From a virus, in the IMG/VR virus record IMGVR_UViG_3300047157_000073, positions 59,704-123,703 of that record: a stretch of 64,000 bases of DNA; one strand, given 5' to 3'. Positions 53,254-63,381 of the stretch are shown piece after piece. The notes below the pieces were generated by a model that did no database searches, was not told the origin of the DNA, and saw only the letters and a program-made list of their open reading frames with translations. How positions within the stretch are numbered: the first letter of the stretch is position 1; every line of letters begins with the position of its first letter. The position numbers and the translations under genes are program-made.

Positions 53254-54465
53254 ATGGCAATAGATGTATTCAAACGACAAGGCAAATCTGCCGTTACAGG
53301 ATTACTAGGTAAAAATCTCAGAAGAATTGCTGGTAATGTTGGTAGTGTACTTCGTGGTGACATAGGAAGTGATTCTTCTGAAACAGCACCACTTAATCGT
53401 AGTAAACAATCAACAAAGATGTTATCCTTTCCCATTGATGTAGGTGCAGACCCTGGCATAGGTAATCATGGACACTACATTATGTTTTTTATCAATGAAC
53501 AAAAAAATGCTAAACTAAAATTCGGTGAAGAAGTAGGTCCTAATGGTATAGACACATTAGTTAATGAGGCAGAAAGGAGAGGAATTGGTGGTGTAACTAA
53601 AGAATATGATAGTAAAAAAGAAAAAAATATAGAAAAATCAAATGAAGCTACTCGATATCTTTTCGATTCTGCTGGCAATGCTACAGAAGCTAATTTAAAA
53701 ATTCAAAAAGATGCTAAAAAACATGAGAATAAAGAATCACATAAAATAGATACCACAGTTGCAATACAAAGGGCACCAACAACAAGATTAGATACAGCAA
53801 TAAGTATGTATATGCCGGCGCAAGTATCAGTTAAGTATAACGCTAAATACACAGACACAGAGATAGGAGTATTGACTGGTAGTGCTGTTGATGTTGTAGA
53901 AGCTTTAATGGCTGGTAAAGATGTGGATATGGAAAAATTAGGAAAAGATGTAAAAGATGCTGGAGTAGCGATGGAAAAAACTGCTATAGGTATGGTGGGT
54001 GATTTAGGGCCTGGATTAGGTGGATTAAAAGAAGCAGCAGAAATGAAGAAAGGTGTTATTTCAAGTGATAGAATGGAGTTAGCATTTAAAGGTATAGACA
54101 AAAGAAGTTTTAGTTATGAATTTAAAATGATACCTAGAAGTCAAGCAGAAGCTGATGAAATAAAAAAAATAATAAATGCATTTAAATTTAATATGTTACC
54201 AGAAATGCCAAACGGTCTTGGTGGTAGACAAATGACAGTGCCAAATACTTTTGATATACAATACATGTATCAAAATGCTCAAAATAATTATTTACATAAA
54301 ATATCAACATGTTTCTTAGAAAGTATGGATGTAAAATATGGTGGTAGTAGATACAAAACATTTGATGGTAATGCTGACGGTGCTCCACCAGTTGAAACAT
54401 CATTATCATTAGAATTTAAAGAGATAGAACTCATTACAAGAGAAAGAGCACAAGAGGGTTTCTAA
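53254..54465 (+). CDS. 48: Baseplate tail-tube cap gp48-like
   Basis: MYMP, F.G...R.F.Y.FKM.PRS..EA, P..F.I.Y, L.F.E.E. Confidence 0.82.
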   Translation: MAIDVFKRQGKSAVTGLLGKNLRRIAGNVGSVLRGDIGSDSSETAPLNRSKQSTKMLSFPIDVGADPGIGNHGHYIMFFINEQKNAKLKFGEEVGPNGIDTLVNEAERRGIGGVTKEYDSKKEKNIEKSNEATRYLFDSAGNATEANLKIQKDAKKHENKESHKIDTTVAIQRAPTTRLDTAISMYMPAQVSVKYNAKYTDTEIGVLTGSAVDVVEALMAGKDVDMEKLGKDVKDAGVAMEKTAIGMVGDLGPGLGGLKEAAEMKKGVISSDRMELAFKGIDKRSFSYEFKMIPRSQAEADEIKKIINAFKFNMLPEMPNGLGGRQMTVPNTFDIQYMYQNAQNNYLHKISTCFLESMDVKYGGSRYKTFDGNADGAPPVETSLSLEFKEIELITRERAQEGF

Positions 54466-54466
54466 T

Positions 54467-54994
54467 ATGTATTTTAATAATTTCCCAACAATACCATATG
54501 ATTCTAAAGGAACAGGTGAGTTTAAGGATGTAAAGAATCTACTTAGGCGTGTAGGTATTAGAGCAAAAGTAAAATCTAATACAATGTTGTATGATACCTA
54601 TGATGTAAAGAATGGTGAAACACCAGAATCTATTGCATTTAAATTATATGATGATGCTGAATTACATTGGATAGTTATGTTGGTTAATAATATTACAGAT
54701 AGATTTCACGATTGGCCTTTATCAGAGGCACAATTTTTAAATTTTGTAAATGAAAAGTATTCAAATCCAAATGCAATACATCATTATGAGATAGAACAAG
54801 AATCTGGTGATACATCAATTAAGATTGATATTGGAACTAGTAATGCAGACTATCCTACAGCAACTGCTATAACTAATTATGAATACGAACAAGAAGAACA
54901 AGACAACAAAAGAAAAATAAGACTATTAGACCCTAGTTTTATAGATAGTTTTGTTGATGAATTTAAAATATTAATGAAAGAAAGTAGTATATAA
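54467..54994 (+). CDS. 53: Baseplate wedge gp53
   Basis: MYF..FP...Y, GETPE.IA..LY, HW, WP, HHYE, TNYEYE...KR.I.L. Confidence 0.9.
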   Translation: MYFNNFPTIPYDSKGTGEFKDVKNLLRRVGIRAKVKSNTMLYDTYDVKNGETPESIAFKLYDDAELHWIVMLVNNITDRFHDWPLSEAQFLNFVNEKYSNPNAIHHYEIEQESGDTSIKIDIGTSNADYPTATAITNYEYEQEEQDNKRKIRLLDPSFIDSFVDEFKILMKESSI

Positions 54995-56418
54995 TGGCAG
55001 GTAGAGGAATACAATTTGCTGGCGACTATAATATAAAAGAGATAAAATTATTTACATCTTCTGGTAATGTAATTGATTTGTCTGAGGCAGTTATAACAAT
55101 GAATATTTACGAAGATATATTCTCACCATCTATAACTGGTACTCTTGGTATTGTTGATACAAATGCAATTATTATGAATGCACCAATCACAGGTCAAGAT
55201 TATCTTTCTTTTAAAATAACCACACCTGGATTAGAAAATCAATCAATAGACTTTACTGAAAATGTAATGTCAATTTACAGAATTGATACTAGAGTATCTG
55301 TATCATCAGGCACAGAAGTTTTTACATTACATTTTTGTTCACCAGAGGGATTAAGAGATAATCGTGTAAGGGTTTCAAAAAGTTATACAAAAAGTATAGA
55401 CAATATTGTTAAAGATGTATTAACTAGTAAATTTTATATAAATTCTAATAAAGATTTATTTATAGAGCCAACTGTTGGAATTAAGAAAATGGTTGTACCA
55501 AACATGCATCCATTTAAATTAATTAATCAACTTAAAAGAGAAGCACAAGCAGAATATAATGGTTCACCACATTATTTGTTTTATGAAAATATAAATGGAA
55601 TACACTTTAGAAGTTTAGATAGTTTGTATGCACAAAAAGAAATTGGTACATATCATTCTGGTGATGCTGGAACAATAGATTTTAAAAAAGGTGGATTTGG
55701 TAATGTAGAATATGAATTAAAAAGAGTATTAGACTATCAATTCAATTCAAATAATGACACACTTAAAAACATAGCAGGTGGTATGTTGGCATCAAGTATA
55801 TTATCTCATGACATATATAATAAATCTTACAGTTATAATGATTTTGATTATATAAATGAATTTCAAGAATATGATAGAGTAAATGGAAATGCTCTACAAG
55901 ATAATTATCCAATATATAATGAAGTTGCTCTAGATGAATTTGATAATACGATTAGTCAATTCCCAGATTCTAGAATACATTTACATCCAACATCAACAGT
56001 AAATGGAGCTGATGCACAACATTATGATTATCAAACAAATACTTATCCATATACACCAAATAAAATAGATGAAACATATCTATCAAGACAATCTAAGTTT
56101 ATGGAACTAAATGATGGTGCAAGTATCACTATGGAAATCAATGGAACAACCACAGTATATGCAGGTTCCATAATAAACTTTGATATGCCTATAAATGGAA
56201 CAGACCATGAGGGTGATAAAACTGATAAATACTATAGTGGAAGATACTTAATACAATCCACTAGACATATGTTTGACCAGAAAGATAAAAGACATACAAT
56301 CATGATGAATCTAGTTAAAGATTCATTAAATTCAGAATTACCAATTAACCAATTAGCAATAGAACCTAAAGGAAAAAAAGGTATTGTTGTTAATGATTTT
56401 TATAACAAATTCATATAA
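54994..56418 (+). CDS. Baseplate hub protein (gp27-like)
   Basis: IYEDIF...TG...I.D, FYEN..G.HFRSLD.L, SGRYLI..RH. Confidence 0.7.
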   Translation: MAGRGIQFAGDYNIKEIKLFTSSGNVIDLSEAVITMNIYEDIFSPSITGTLGIVDTNAIIMNAPITGQDYLSFKITTPGLENQSIDFTENVMSIYRIDTRVSVSSGTEVFTLHFCSPEGLRDNRVRVSKSYTKSIDNIVKDVLTSKFYINSNKDLFIEPTVGIKKMVVPNMHPFKLINQLKREAQAEYNGSPHYLFYENINGIHFRSLDSLYAQKEIGTYHSGDAGTIDFKKGGFGNVEYELKRVLDYQFNSNNDTLKNIAGGMLASSILSHDIYNKSYSYNDFDYINEFQEYDRVNGNALQDNYPIYNEVALDEFDNTISQFPDSRIHLHPTSTVNGADAQHYDYQTNTYPYTPNKIDETYLSRQSKFMELNDGASITMEINGTTTVYAGSIINFDMPINGTDHEGDKTDKYYSGRYLIQSTRHMFDQKDKRHTIMMNLVKDSLNSELPINQLAIEPKGKKGIVVNDFYNKFI

Positions 56419-56602
56419 AGGAGGGTAACTATAGTAAAATATATCATGTATAATTAATTAACAATTTGGAGTTTTAGAATGACAAATAAATATAAGAACA
56501 AAATTAAAAACATGAACTTTTTGAGCCAAACAAGAACAAGGATGACACCTGAGAAACTTGACATAAATAAGATTAAAGAAAACTATAGAGAAAAAGAAGC
56601 CG

Positions 56603-57297
56603 ATGAAGAGCTATACAGAACTATTAGAGGGGGTCTATGACCCAAACATATTTAAGGCCTTTTTCATGGCTGGTGGGCCAGGTAGTGGTAAATCATTATG
56701 CTGTACAAAAAGGTATAGGACAAGCACAGAAAGGAGTAAAAGTTACAGCACAAGGATTAAAGGTTGTAAATTCAGATGATGTGTTTGAAAAATATCTAAA
56801 AGATGCACAACTTAATTTTAAAATGGATGCCAATCAAGGTAAGCAAAGAGATGTACTTAGAACTAGAGCAAAAGTTGTAACTAAAAAAAGACAAGACAAT
56901 TATATTGAAGGTCGTTTAGGTATGGTCATTGATGGCACAGGAAAAGACTATAGTAAAATCACAACACAGGCAGCAACATCTAAAACAACTAGGTTATGAT
57001 GTACATATGATATTTGTAAATACAAGTCTAGATGTTGCACTTGAAAGAAATGCTAAAAGACCTAGAAGTGTACCAGAGGACATTGTAAAAAAATCATGGA
57101 ATCAAGTACAACAAAACATAGGTAAGTTTCAACAATTCTTTGGTAATAAGAACTTTATCATTGTGGATAACAATGACATAAATGATAATGTTTTTGATAT
57201 GGTAGGAAAACAAGTAAGAACAATGTTATCTAAAAAAGTAAACAATCCTATTGCACAGAAATGGATTGATACCGAACTTGCAAGAAAGGCTAGATAA
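56603..57297 (+). CDS. Zeta-toxin-like P-loop kinase (frameshifted)
   Basis: MKSYTELLE-GVYDP..FKA.FMAGGPGSGKS, NSDD, IDGTG, ALERN..R.R. Confidence 0.8.
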
Positions 57298-57299
57298 TT

Positions 57300-57491
57300 A
57301 TGGAAATGTTGACAATTATATTATTCCTTATTGTAGGATTTGTTATAGTTATGCATAATCGCCCAGATTGGTGGTCTTCACTTACTCATTGGTTGCATAT
57401 CAGAACTTCTATGTTAAGGCCAGAGGTAAGTGTATGTGAACTAATAATATTGATTTGTGTACTTGCCATAGTCTTCAAATTATACTTCTAA
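57300..57491 (+). CDS. Small membrane protein
   Basis: Two hydrophobic segments. Confidence 0.5.
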   Translation: MEMLTIILFLIVGFVIVMHNRPDWWSSLTHWLHIRTSMLRPEVSVCELIILICVLAIVFKLYF

Positions 57492-57509
57492 ATGAGAATC
57501 ATTCTCATT
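57491..57509. promoter_or_regulatory. Fur-box-like palindrome
   Basis: Perfect AATGAGAATCATTCTCATT, 11 bp upstream of TTGACA at 57521. Confidence 0.78.
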
Positions 57510-57555
57510 TAAAATAACCCTTGACAATACTTGTATGACCTGTCATAATGGTGTC

Positions 57556-57747
57556 ATGATTGAAGAATTAGAGTTTATAGAACAGTTACAGAATGTCAAG
57601 AAACTAGTGGCTGTATCATCCAAAAACCACCCAAATCAACATGTTTTGAGATATCTTGATATATTGATTGATATCCACGAAAAGAAGTTTAATCAGTTTC
57701 AAAGAGATATGGAGAAAGAATTTATAGATAGGAGAAATGATGCCTAA
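57556..57747 (+). CDS. Hypothetical early protein, probably leaderless
   Basis: ATG 6 nt after CATAAT at 57544-57549. Confidence 0.55.
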   Translation: MIEELEFIEQLQNVKKLVAVSSKNHPNQHVLRYLDILIDIHEKKFNQFQRDMEKEFIDRRNDA

Positions 57748-58180
57748 AGGAATGCACCTAGTCTTAGGATTGACTTCACTAAATACAAGTAGAAAAAAGA
57801 AACCTAAGATTACAAAAAAGAGAATGGAACAGTTGGTTGAAGAGCATAGACTATATAATAAGAAAATGAAACAAACCAATAATCGTAAAGACATGATATC
57901 ATTTGATGATTATCTCAAAAGACAATTTGGTCAAGTGAAATACAAACCTAAAAAGACAGGTACATATCAACCTAAAGATATGATTATTACTAAAACTACA
58001 AGTATACCAAATCGTACAATAGATGTAAAAGATTTACAACATGCTTGTACTAAACCAAATGATGATTACAAAAAAGAAATCAGTAGTCAATATGTGATAG
58101 GTCAGGCTTACAATAAATCAGGTCTACAAGTTTTGACTAAGAGAGAAACACAAGACCCAGCAACAGGTAAAAGAAGATGA
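57737..58180 (+). CDS. Basic hypothetical protein
   Basis: C-terminal IGQAYNKSGLQVL block. Confidence 0.65.
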   Translation: MMPKGMHLVLGLTSLNTSRKKKPKITKKRMEQLVEEHRLYNKKMKQTNNRKDMISFDDYLKRQFGQVKYKPKKTGTYQPKDMIITKTTSIPNRTIDVKDLQHACTKPNDDYKKEISSQYVIGQAYNKSGLQVLTKRETQDPATGKRR

Positions 58181-58395
58181 AAGAATTAGATACATCAGGT
58201 TTTAATTGTCCAATACCAATAATTAAAGCAAAGAAAGAATTAAATGGAATGGAAATAGGTGAAACTTTAAAACTTATTAGTACTGACCCAGGTGCAGTTA
58301 TGGATATAGAATCACTTTGTAATTCACTAAATCACAAATTAATGAAAAGTGAAGAAAAAGATGGTAAATTCCATTTTGAGATAGTAAAACAGTAA
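58177..58395 (+). CDS. tusA: TusA/SirA-family sulfurtransferase
   Basis: LD.SG..CPIP..K.KK.L..M..GE.L....TDPG...DI. Confidence 0.92.
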   Translation: MKELDTSGFNCPIPIIKAKKELNGMEIGETLKLISTDPGAVMDIESLCNSLNHKLMKSEEKDGKFHFEIVKQ

Positions 58396-58538
58396 ATTTT
58401 AACACTTTTACTAAAAAACAAAGACGCTAGGCCACCTAAAAATCCATTTTTATTGGTCGGGTGATACTATCACTCATGGAAAATATAGGTCTTTATATAT
58501 CCTCGATTAGATACTCTATAGAGGATTTTATTATATAA

Positions 58539-58610
58539 GCCACTTTAGCTCAGTGGTAGAGCAGCTGTTTTGTAAACAGCAGGTCATCTGTTCGAATCAG
58601 ATAAGTGGCT
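58539..58610 (+). tRNA. tRNA-Thr (UGU)
   Basis: Cloverleaf: GCCACTT/AAGTGGC, GCTC/GAGC, GCTGT-TT TGT AA-ACAGC, ATCTG-TTCGAAT-CAGAT. Confidence 0.95.
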
Positions 58611-58624
58611 CATATAAATAATAG

Positions 58625-59596
58625 ATGAAAAATCATAAATTATCAATATTGACTTTTGTCACATCACTAGCAATTGCTGCTGTCGCCGCATGGTATTCTA
58701 TTATCGGATTGACTACAATATTTTCTGCAGCAGTCATTCCAATAATTATCATGGGTATAGTTTTAGAAGTTGGAAAGTTAGTATCTGCAGCATGGGTTTA
58801 TAATCATTGGAAAGAAACAAGTATATTGTTACGAACATATCTAGTTTCTGCCATTGTAGTTTTGATGTTAATCACAAGTATGGGTATCTATGGATTTTTA
58901 TCTAAGTCACATATTGATGCTGGAATTAACACAGGTGAAATATCAGTCAAGATAGAAAGAGTTGATAATCGTATTGCAAGTGAACAAAGACAAATAGACA
59001 GAGCAGAAAAGAATATTCTAGAAATGGATACAACACTAGAGAAAACTGAATATGGATTTTTTGATGATTCTAGATTAGAGGAAAGAAAAAGACAATCTGT
59101 AGAGAGAGAACAATTAAACAACATCATCAACAAAGCAGAGAAAAATATTGATGGTTTACTAGACAAGAAATCAGAGTACGAATTAGAGGTTAAGAACTTT
59201 GAAGTAGAAGTAGGGCCTATCAAGTATATTGCAGCATTGATATATGGTGATGAGGCTAAGAATTATCTTGACAATACTGTACGATATGTGATACTATTGC
59301 TTATATTTGTATTTGACCCATTGGCAGTGCTGTTATTGATATCTGCTAATATGTCATACAGAAAAGAGTTAGAACTTTATGAACCAAAGAAGAAAGAGTT
59401 TGTAGAAACTAAGGAAGAATTACCAGTAGAAGTAGAAGTAGAAGAAAAAGGAATACCAGTCAATGACAGTAATTGGACTACTATTTTGGGTAAGACAGTT
59501 AGGAGTGCAACTGTAAACAGAGGAGTTAAGAAAGTCACTAAAGAAAAGGATGGTGTTAAAATACATTTTTACGAGGAAGATGACGGAAAAGGTTGA
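58625..59596 (+). CDS. Multi-TM coiled-coil membrane protein conserved in large phages
   Basis: YSI.GL, LE.GKLV, TSMGIYGFLSK.H, EVGP.KY, IFVFDPLAV. Confidence 0.75.
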   Translation: MKNHKLSILTFVTSLAIAAVAAWYSIIGLTTIFSAAVIPIIIMGIVLEVGKLVSAAWVYNHWKETSILLRTYLVSAIVVLMLITSMGIYGFLSKSHIDAGINTGEISVKIERVDNRIASEQRQIDRAEKNILEMDTTLEKTEYGFFDDSRLEERKRQSVEREQLNNIINKAEKNIDGLLDKKSEYELEVKNFEVEVGPIKYIAALIYGDEAKNYLDNTVRYVILLLIFVFDPLAVLLLISANMSYRKELELYEPKKKEFVETKEELPVEVEVEEKGIPVNDSNWTTILGKTVRSATVNRGVKKVTKEKDGVKIHFYEEDDGKG

Positions 59597-59645
59597 CAAT
59601 CATTGATAGACCTGTTAGAATGGTACAACAAATAGGAGTTATATA

Positions 59646-59945
59646 ATGGCAAAAGAAATAGATGCTGATTTACTACAGAAACAAAGAGATTCTCTTGTAC
59701 AAGACTTGACAAATGCTAAAGTTGCTGTAGAAACATCAAAAAACAGAGTACAACAAATACTCGGTGCAATACAAATGACTGATAATCTGATTGCAGTATC
59801 CAAAGAGGGTAACTACTCAAAGAGTAGAGCAAACTCAGAACAAGAGAACCCAGAGAATGCGACTGAAGTACAAAAGTCACTAGAGGAACATGCTAAGGAT
59901 ATGGTATCGGAACTTGGTGATGATAATTTAGGAAAGGTAGACTAA
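59646..59945 (+). CDS. Hypothetical protein
   Basis: ORF with AGGAG RBS and promoter near 59593. Confidence 0.6.
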   Translation: MAKEIDADLLQKQRDSLVQDLTNAKVAVETSKNRVQQILGAIQMTDNLIAVSKEGNYSKSRANSEQENPENATEVQKSLEEHAKDMVSELGDDNLGKVD

Positions 59946-60352
59946 TGTACGAATACAGATGTAAAATTAGAAGGGTTGTTGATGGTGATACAGTAGATAT
60001 AGACATAGACTTAGGATTTGGCGTATGGTTACACAAAGAAAGAGTAAGAATCTATGGTATAGATACACCAGAATCAAGAACTAGAGATAAAGAAGAAAAG
60101 AAATATGGATTGATGGCAAAAGAGTTTGTCAAACAATTTGTAAAAGGTGATAGTATAAAATTGACTACACAAAAGTACGATGCCAAAGGAAAGTTTGGTC
60201 GTATTCTTGGTGATATAATAGTAGATAATAAGTCATTGTCGGATACTATGATACAAGAACATCATGCTGTGATATATCATGGTCAAAGTAAGGAAGATAT
60301 ACAAAAGGCACATATGAATAATCGTAAATTTTTCAACGGAGAAACAATATGA
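59945..60352 (+). CDS. Thermonuclease (SNase-like)
   Basis: VVDGDT, R..GIDTPE, GKFGRILG. Confidence 0.9.
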   Translation: MYEYRCKIRRVVDGDTVDIDIDLGFGVWLHKERVRIYGIDTPESRTRDKEEKKYGLMAKEFVKQFVKGDSIKLTTQKYDAKGKFGRILGDIIVDNKSLSDTMIQEHHAVIYHGQSKEDIQKAHMNNRKFFNGETI

Positions 60353-60768
60353 GTATAAAAGGTACTAAAACAGAAGAAAATCTAAAAGATGCATTTGCTG
60401 GTGAATCACAGGCAAATCGTAGATATCTCTACTTTGCAGCAAAAGCAGATGTAGAAGGTGAGAATGATGTGGCAACAGTATTTCGTTCTACGGCAGAAGG
60501 TGAAACAGGTCATGCACATGGACATCTAGAATATCTTGAAAAAGATTGTGGTGACCCTGCAACAGGTGAACCTATCGGAGATACAAGAATGAATCTAAAG
60601 GCTGCTATTGCTGGAGAAACACATGAGTATACAGACATGTACCCAGGTATGGCAAAGACTGCTCGTGATGAGGGGTTTGATGAAGTAGCAGATTGGTTTG
60701 AAACTCTGGCAAAAGCCGAGAGAAGTCATGCTAACAGATTCACTAAAGCATTAGAAAATATGTCATAA
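60349..60768 (+). CDS. Rubrerythrin, short form without rubredoxin domain
   Basis: [31 protein letters not shown]. Confidence 0.93.
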   Translation: MSIKGTKTEENLKDAFAGESQANRRYLYFAAKADVEGENDVATVFRSTAEGETGHAHGHLEYLEKDCGDPATGEPIGDTRMNLKAAIAGETHEYTDMYPGMAKTARDEGFDEVADWFETLAKAERSHANRFTKALENMS

Positions 60769-60812
60769 TAAACCTTGACAATACTTGATACACCCTATAT
60801 AATGGCTCTAAT

Positions 60813-61067
60813 ATGACTAAAAATATAGATAAATTTACTACAATGGAACATAGAGTAATAGATGAACTCAAAGAAGTCTATGACCCTATAATCATGACAG
60901 AAGAAGAAATACATACTGAATTTGTAAGAATCAGTAATGCCATCGGAATAGAGGCATTTGAAGTCAAGGATATATGCGAAAGGTGGATGAGAGAGGAAGT
61001 CTTGAAATCACTAGAGCAAACTAATAGACATTTTTCTTCCGAGCATAAGAATGATATGTCTAAATAA
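60813..61067 (+). CDS. Hypothetical protein
   Basis: ORF behind the promoter at 60775-60803. Confidence 0.55.
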   Translation: MTKNIDKFTTMEHRVIDELKEVYDPIIMTEEEIHTEFVRISNAIGIEAFEVKDICERWMREEVLKSLEQTNRHFSSEHKNDMSK

Positions 61068-61187
61068 TAGTAGACTTAGACCCTCATGTCTTTAAACTGC
61101 GGTGAGGCCAGGGTAGAGCCAGTGAACGCGAGAACTAGGAAATCCGATTATGTTTATCCCGTCAACCAAATCTACCCACTAATTATT
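61063..61187 (+). ncRNA. Candidate structured intergenic RNA
   Basis: GC-rich intergenic tract; the two ends are complementary; inner CCTCA/TGAGG stem. Confidence 0.4.
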
Positions 61188-62182
61188 TACAAGTGAGGAC
61201 ATCATGAATAAAACATACAAATTGACGGACTTAACAGAAAAAGAAGTGAAAGAGCTTCAAAGCTGTGAAGACATAAAATTTGTATTAACAGAGCATCATG
61301 TGATACATAATCAGTCATGTGACAGATGATTTCGGAAATGAGATAGAACCTACTCAATACATGTACAATGTAATCGTAGAAATACTACCCTCAACAGAGG
61401 AAAGAGAATCAAAAGTAGAAACTTATATCTCATCACTTACACTACCTGGTAAGAATCACAGAATAGACCATTTCAGTCGTGAGTATAGTTATTTAAAAGA
61501 AGAATTAGGTATCAATCTAGACCATAAGAAAAGAAAGATACCATCAACATTAGGTGAATCATTAAACGAATTTGAGGAGAAGTATATAAATGAGTAAATC
61601 AGCAATACCATCAGCACCACAACCCAAAAAGAATGCAAGTGGTAAAATCATCAAACTGAGTAAGAACTCTAGTCATGGTACCTATCGTTGTAAAAGAAAA
61701 CCAAACAGTAAGAGGTGTAAAAATGTCTGAACCCCTAATGAACATAGTTAAAATATTCGTAATACTATTCGTATGTCTATTTGTATATAATACAGCATTC
61801 GGAAAGACTATTACAATGGAAGTAGATGGTAAGGAAATCATCACTATTACAGTCGCAGAGGAAGAAAAAGAATCAGAAACAGAGGAAGAACCAGATTGCG
61901 AGTAATATACTTATTTTTGAAAGGATTGATACTTGCCAATCCAATCACTACAAATATAATTCTAGCACTGATATTACTCATGATATTGACATCATGTGCT
62001 CATCATTCAGTCACATTAGGGCCAATGGAGATATGTGGAAGTAATGAACAATGTGTACCTGAACCAACAAAAAACTAAATTATGAATACAATCAACACAT
62101 TTATACTGAATTGGTGGCCGTTATGTACATTTTGTATATTCATAGCAGGTGTCATATACATTTACTTTACAGGTGAACTCGA

Positions 62183-62504
62183 ATGAAATACAATGAAGAT
62201 ATCATACTCAATCTAATCAAGGACTATATCAAGAATACCTATGGAGAACACTATTCTACAACAGAAGAAGGTTTTCAAGTCATGGATATACTACGCAATC
62301 TAGAGATAGACAAGAACTTTTGTCAAGCCAACGCAATCAAGTATCTCATGCGATATGGAAAGAAAGACGGATAGAAACGAAAAAGACTTATACAAGGCAA
62401 TACATTATATCGTATTACTCATTTCATCAGAAAGAAAGGATAAACACAAAGATACAACGATAGGCAAACTCGTACACCCCGAAGATAGTTTACATAGAAA
62501 ATAA
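62183..62504 (+). CDS. DUF3310-like protein (frameshift near 62372)
   Basis: TY..HY, FC..NAIKY..RYGKK.G / DL.KA.HY. Confidence 0.75.
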
Positions 62505-63243
62505 TCAGCAACAGGACGCGGCTTTTTCCAAGAGGACATACTCATGAGCAACTCAGACAATACTACTAAGAATCATCAAAAGAATATACAGTAAGAGAAA
62601 GACAAACAACCCTCTATTAGTCGTATATCCAAACGGCAAGGAAGTATGGTGTCAGTCTGCAGATATACATGAAAGCAGCTCAATGGAATGTAAGAACGGA
62701 ATACTCACTACTACTACAAAAGGACATGTAGTCACACACATCGCACTAGAGAAAGAAGAAAGAGAAAGAGTAAAGTATGAACCAGGTATGATATCGTGTG
62801 CGGGTGTAGAACATATTAACCCCGATACACAGGAAATAGACTTTGTAAATAGACTGAGTGTATAAATAAAACCAACAGAGTATAATCACAGAGTATCCGA
62901 ACCCGAAACCCCTTGTATTCCTTACCGAAATAAGACACAACACACCACGATTCACCACATAGTCACACATAGAGTAAAGCTTTAAAAGAAAGCTGGTTAG
63001 TGCGATATAAGTTTTCTCGGTATCGGTGCGAAATCTCAGAGATACTTCTCAGAAAAAATTCACAGTAGTCAGCTCCATCCCGCTTTGCCCAGGCTCTCTC
63101 ACTACACATGCGTACCTACGCTTCCTAGCGTGATAGGGGTTCGCATTTGATTTCGTCTGGAGTTTCTTGCTCCTTCGGTCGGTTCGGAGCGGGTGAAGTT
63201 GGAGTAGTAAGAGTAATATCGAGAGAATTCCTATCCAAATACG

Positions 63244-63262
63244 AATGAGAATCATTCTCATT
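63244..63262. promoter_or_regulatory. Fur-box-like palindrome overlapping the start of a minus-strand promoter
   Basis: Perfect AATGAGAATCATTCTCATT. Confidence 0.78.
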
Positions 63263-63267
63263 TAGAG

Positions 63268-63296
63268 CTTATAACATACTTTAGGTCATTTGTCAA
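63268..63296 (-). promoter_or_regulatory. sigma70-like promoter on the minus strand, divergent from the + promoter at 63340-63368
   Basis: Reverse complement reads TTGACA-17-TATAAG with extended TG. Confidence 0.7.
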
Positions 63297-63381
63297 GGGT
63301 TTTATTTGCTTTTTTGCTGCAGAATATCGGCGAATTTCCTTGACAATTCATGTTCAGCCCCCTATACTAGCTATGTAAACA

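Noticed and set aside
4659-57297. Many broken genes (uvsX, gp41, rnh, phoH, lysozyme, gp32, cyclase) as pseudogenes or programmed frameshifts
   Set aside because: Single-base indels, often at homopolymers, hit essential genes at random with intact motifs on both sides; best explained as sequencing error. Only the gp26/gp51 junction has a canonical signal.
56603-57297. Zeta-like kinase as a toxin-antitoxin system
   Set aside because: No recognisable antitoxin; the leader suggests a virion cargo protein instead.
401-62970. Numerous minus-strand ORFs in the track
   Set aside because: Shadows of + strand genes with Ser/Phe/Leu-rich composition; only gp4 (52772..53212) is supported.
63049-63261. 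70-aa minus-strand ORF MRMILIRIW...
   Set aside because: Its start is just the palindrome translated; atypical composition and no recognisable family. A leaderless peptide cannot be fully excluded.
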